A stretch of DNA of 64,000 nt, taken from assembly GCA_964035545.1 (NCBI GenBank), contig OZ037769.1, positions 5,809,929 to 5,873,928 of the forward strand, in the 5' to 3' direction. Below are positions 53,484-64,000 of this stretch, in pieces (within the stretch, counting starts at the first letter, position 1; every line of letters starts with the position of its first letter). The notes below the pieces were generated by a model that was given only the letters and a program-made list of their open reading frames with translations, did not search any database and was not told the DNA's origin. Source of the DNA: Bugula neritina (taxonomy: Eukaryota > Animalia > Bryozoa). The position numbers and the translations under genes are program-made.

Positions 53484-54579
53484 ATAACTAAAATCACCAT
53501 TAGCAGTATTGGCAAAAGTCAACATTAAAAAACTACCCACTAAGCTTGCATATTATGACTTATTTAACCAAAATAAATTTTTTAATTCCTTCTCAACAGA
53601 ATTCATGTCAACTCACCAAGCTATAATATCATATAATAAAACTTGCATCTATTTGTGAATTACAATTAATAAACTGTCCATACATGTTTTCTTGTTTAAA
53701 CTGCATATAAATCTAGGATTCAACACTTCAACATAACATTTTGAAAGTTTTGTCTAACACTTCCAGCTTTCTTAAAATGTCCATATCTACTTCACTGTGG
53801 AGAAATTGGAAATCTTGCGTGCAAATCCTTATGTGTGATTTCTAATATTTCCATTGCTGCACCCAGCCTTATTGGATTTTCTTAAATTGTTTAAAAACCA
53901 AGTTAATACAAACAGAAAAATCATATATACCCAATAGAATATTTATTTTCAGCACATACGCTGATAAAAGTGAGTATAAAGATAAATCTGATTTAAGCTA
54001 TAAATGCAATCAACCTGAAGAGAGTGACTTGGAAATAAATATTGACAGATGAGTCACCTTCTATAAATAAACACTAGTTAGCACCATACAAATTACCAAG
54101 AGTACATATGATTTGGTTGTAGCAAACAACTGTACTGCACAAAATACTTTAACATAATGCCAAACAGAATTTATGCTTCTTACAAACTCTTGCTAGATTC
54201 AGCATAAACTGGGTGTTCACACCATAATACATAAGAGATTAAAGCACAAGAGCATAATAAAGGATAAATTACAAAATCAAGATTAGAAAGCTAAAGATAA
54301 GAAATTTCGAGATTGCAATTAATTATTATAAAAGAAATTTTTTATGAAACTATTCCATTTAGCTTTTCCTTCCATGACATCACCACCTGACGATCACTCA
54401 TTGAGCTGACTTTCAGTAGAAATTATAATAAAAAATTCCTTTTATAACAAATTATTTTAGTCATGAACTTTTAGTCCAAACAAATATTTTCAATTTTCAA
54501 AGATAGATAAATTAGAGAGTAGACAATATGTACAATTGTAAGACCATAATGTAATAATTAAAATATATTTCTTAGTAGA

Positions 54580-62708
<8,129 letters not shown>

Positions 62709-64000
62709 GGTGGCTGTAACAGTTATTAAATGAAACGCATATGTCTATGAAAAGACAGTTGCCCATCAACAGACCAAGTGAACCTTTACGTAATGGATTA
62801 GCTAAGCGTCATACTAGAAAGTCAAAGTAATTATTGGCTCTTATTATAATAATAGTACTGAACAGCTGTGACTGAAAATGTGATATTGTTTACAAATTAG
62901 CGCATGCCTATGCAGTGTAAACAAAGTATCACGTGATAAAGTATTCAAACCAATACTCAATAAGTTGCCAGTATCTGCGTTCACACAGGAAATTCGTATG
63001 ACAGAAAAAAAGTAGAAAGTAAAATATTTTGCAAAATAAAAAGTATGTTTTAACGAAGTTTATTAGTATCAGTTTTCACTATTGTACTCGCCCTCCTCAA
63101 GTCTATGACTTGCCACTATTAAACTTTTGACAGTTTTTGATAATGTTTAAAAGTGAATAAAACATGAAGCTAAAGTAAAAGTTAAACTTGTATTTCATTT
63201 TATATTTTAATTTTAGATACTTACATCAACTTACATCAATATTGATATTCATATTCATATTGATATTGCTCTTGTAATTTAATTGAAATAATTATAATAA
63301 CTTCAAGTTTATATTATTTAGTCTTACCATTTTCTTACTTCAGATTACTTAAAGTTAACTGTTAATAAGTACCAATTTTCACTTGCCAATTAATATTAGT
63401 ATCACGCTGTGGCTTCTGCTGAAAATGTCTGATTAAATCAATAAATTAAAATACTAAATACTAATAGTAAATGAAATAATAATAATAATTCAAATTTAAT
63501 TTAGTTTTATAATGACTATAAGTAATGACTACTCGTGAATAACTTGCCCACAACTGATTTTCCTTATATTGACTAAGATAAAACAAATTTATTGATTAGT
63601 TATAAAATTACATCAAACTAAAAGTACTAATATTGGTTATTCAATCTTGTAAGATAAATTGTTGCAGATTAAAAAAAAATTTTGGTGCTGGGTTTGTGGA
63701 GGTTTAATTTTAGTTACTAATACTAATAGTAATACTAATTGTAATTGGTTCTATGGTAAAATGGTAGTCACGGCTGTGTCAAGTGTTTTAATAATAATAC
63801 TATGAATACGGCTATATCCCGTTGTATATCATTATTACTATTAGTTTTAGTTGTGTAATATAATTAATAATCAATTTAAATTTATGTAAATTAGTAGCCA
63901 GTAGGCTAATATGGACACAAAAGATCTTACCTCAAGTTTTAAATTTCAAACTTAAATTTGTTTGAGTTTAGTGTAAATTCCTATTTTTCCTATTTTTGTT

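Noticed and set aside
53616-54060. Additional coding exons for nanos or PHAF1 on the - strand
   Set aside because: Splice-like signals exist, but the ~53616-53800 segment has stops in all three frames; at most non-coding.

Overview
AT-rich, intron-rich eukaryotic (invertebrate metazoan-like) genomic DNA, not prokaryotic; most ORF-track entries are intronic noise or single exons. Manual exon chaining (GT-AG sites plus reading-frame phase) supports seven protein-coding genes. (1) The 3' part of a large uncharacterised + strand gene with about 26 exons in the window, stop at 15657. (2) A convergent small uncharacterised - strand gene with an RFX X-box-like element upstream and two alternative N-terminal exons. 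(3) A 92-aa - strand microprotein starting with a Src/Yes-type MGCIKSK acylation motif but with no kinase domain. (4) A complete 14-exon, about 704-aa LIV-1/SLC39A (ZIP4/ZIP12-like) zinc transporter with a His/Asp-repeat ectodomain and upstream MRE cores. (5) TMEM60, with an intronless CDS. (6) A divergent 4-exon nanos with an intron inside its second zinc finger. (7) A complete PHAF1/C16orf70 (UPF0183) gene with a candidate 9-nt microexon. Interspersed are two tRNA-derived SINE families, hAT and Tc1/pogo-like MITEs, two inverted-duplication structures, a 40-bp minisatellite and several microsatellites. No rRNA, intact tRNA, CRISPR array or autonomous transposon was seen. Gene models are hand-built from sequence alone and have no transcript support.
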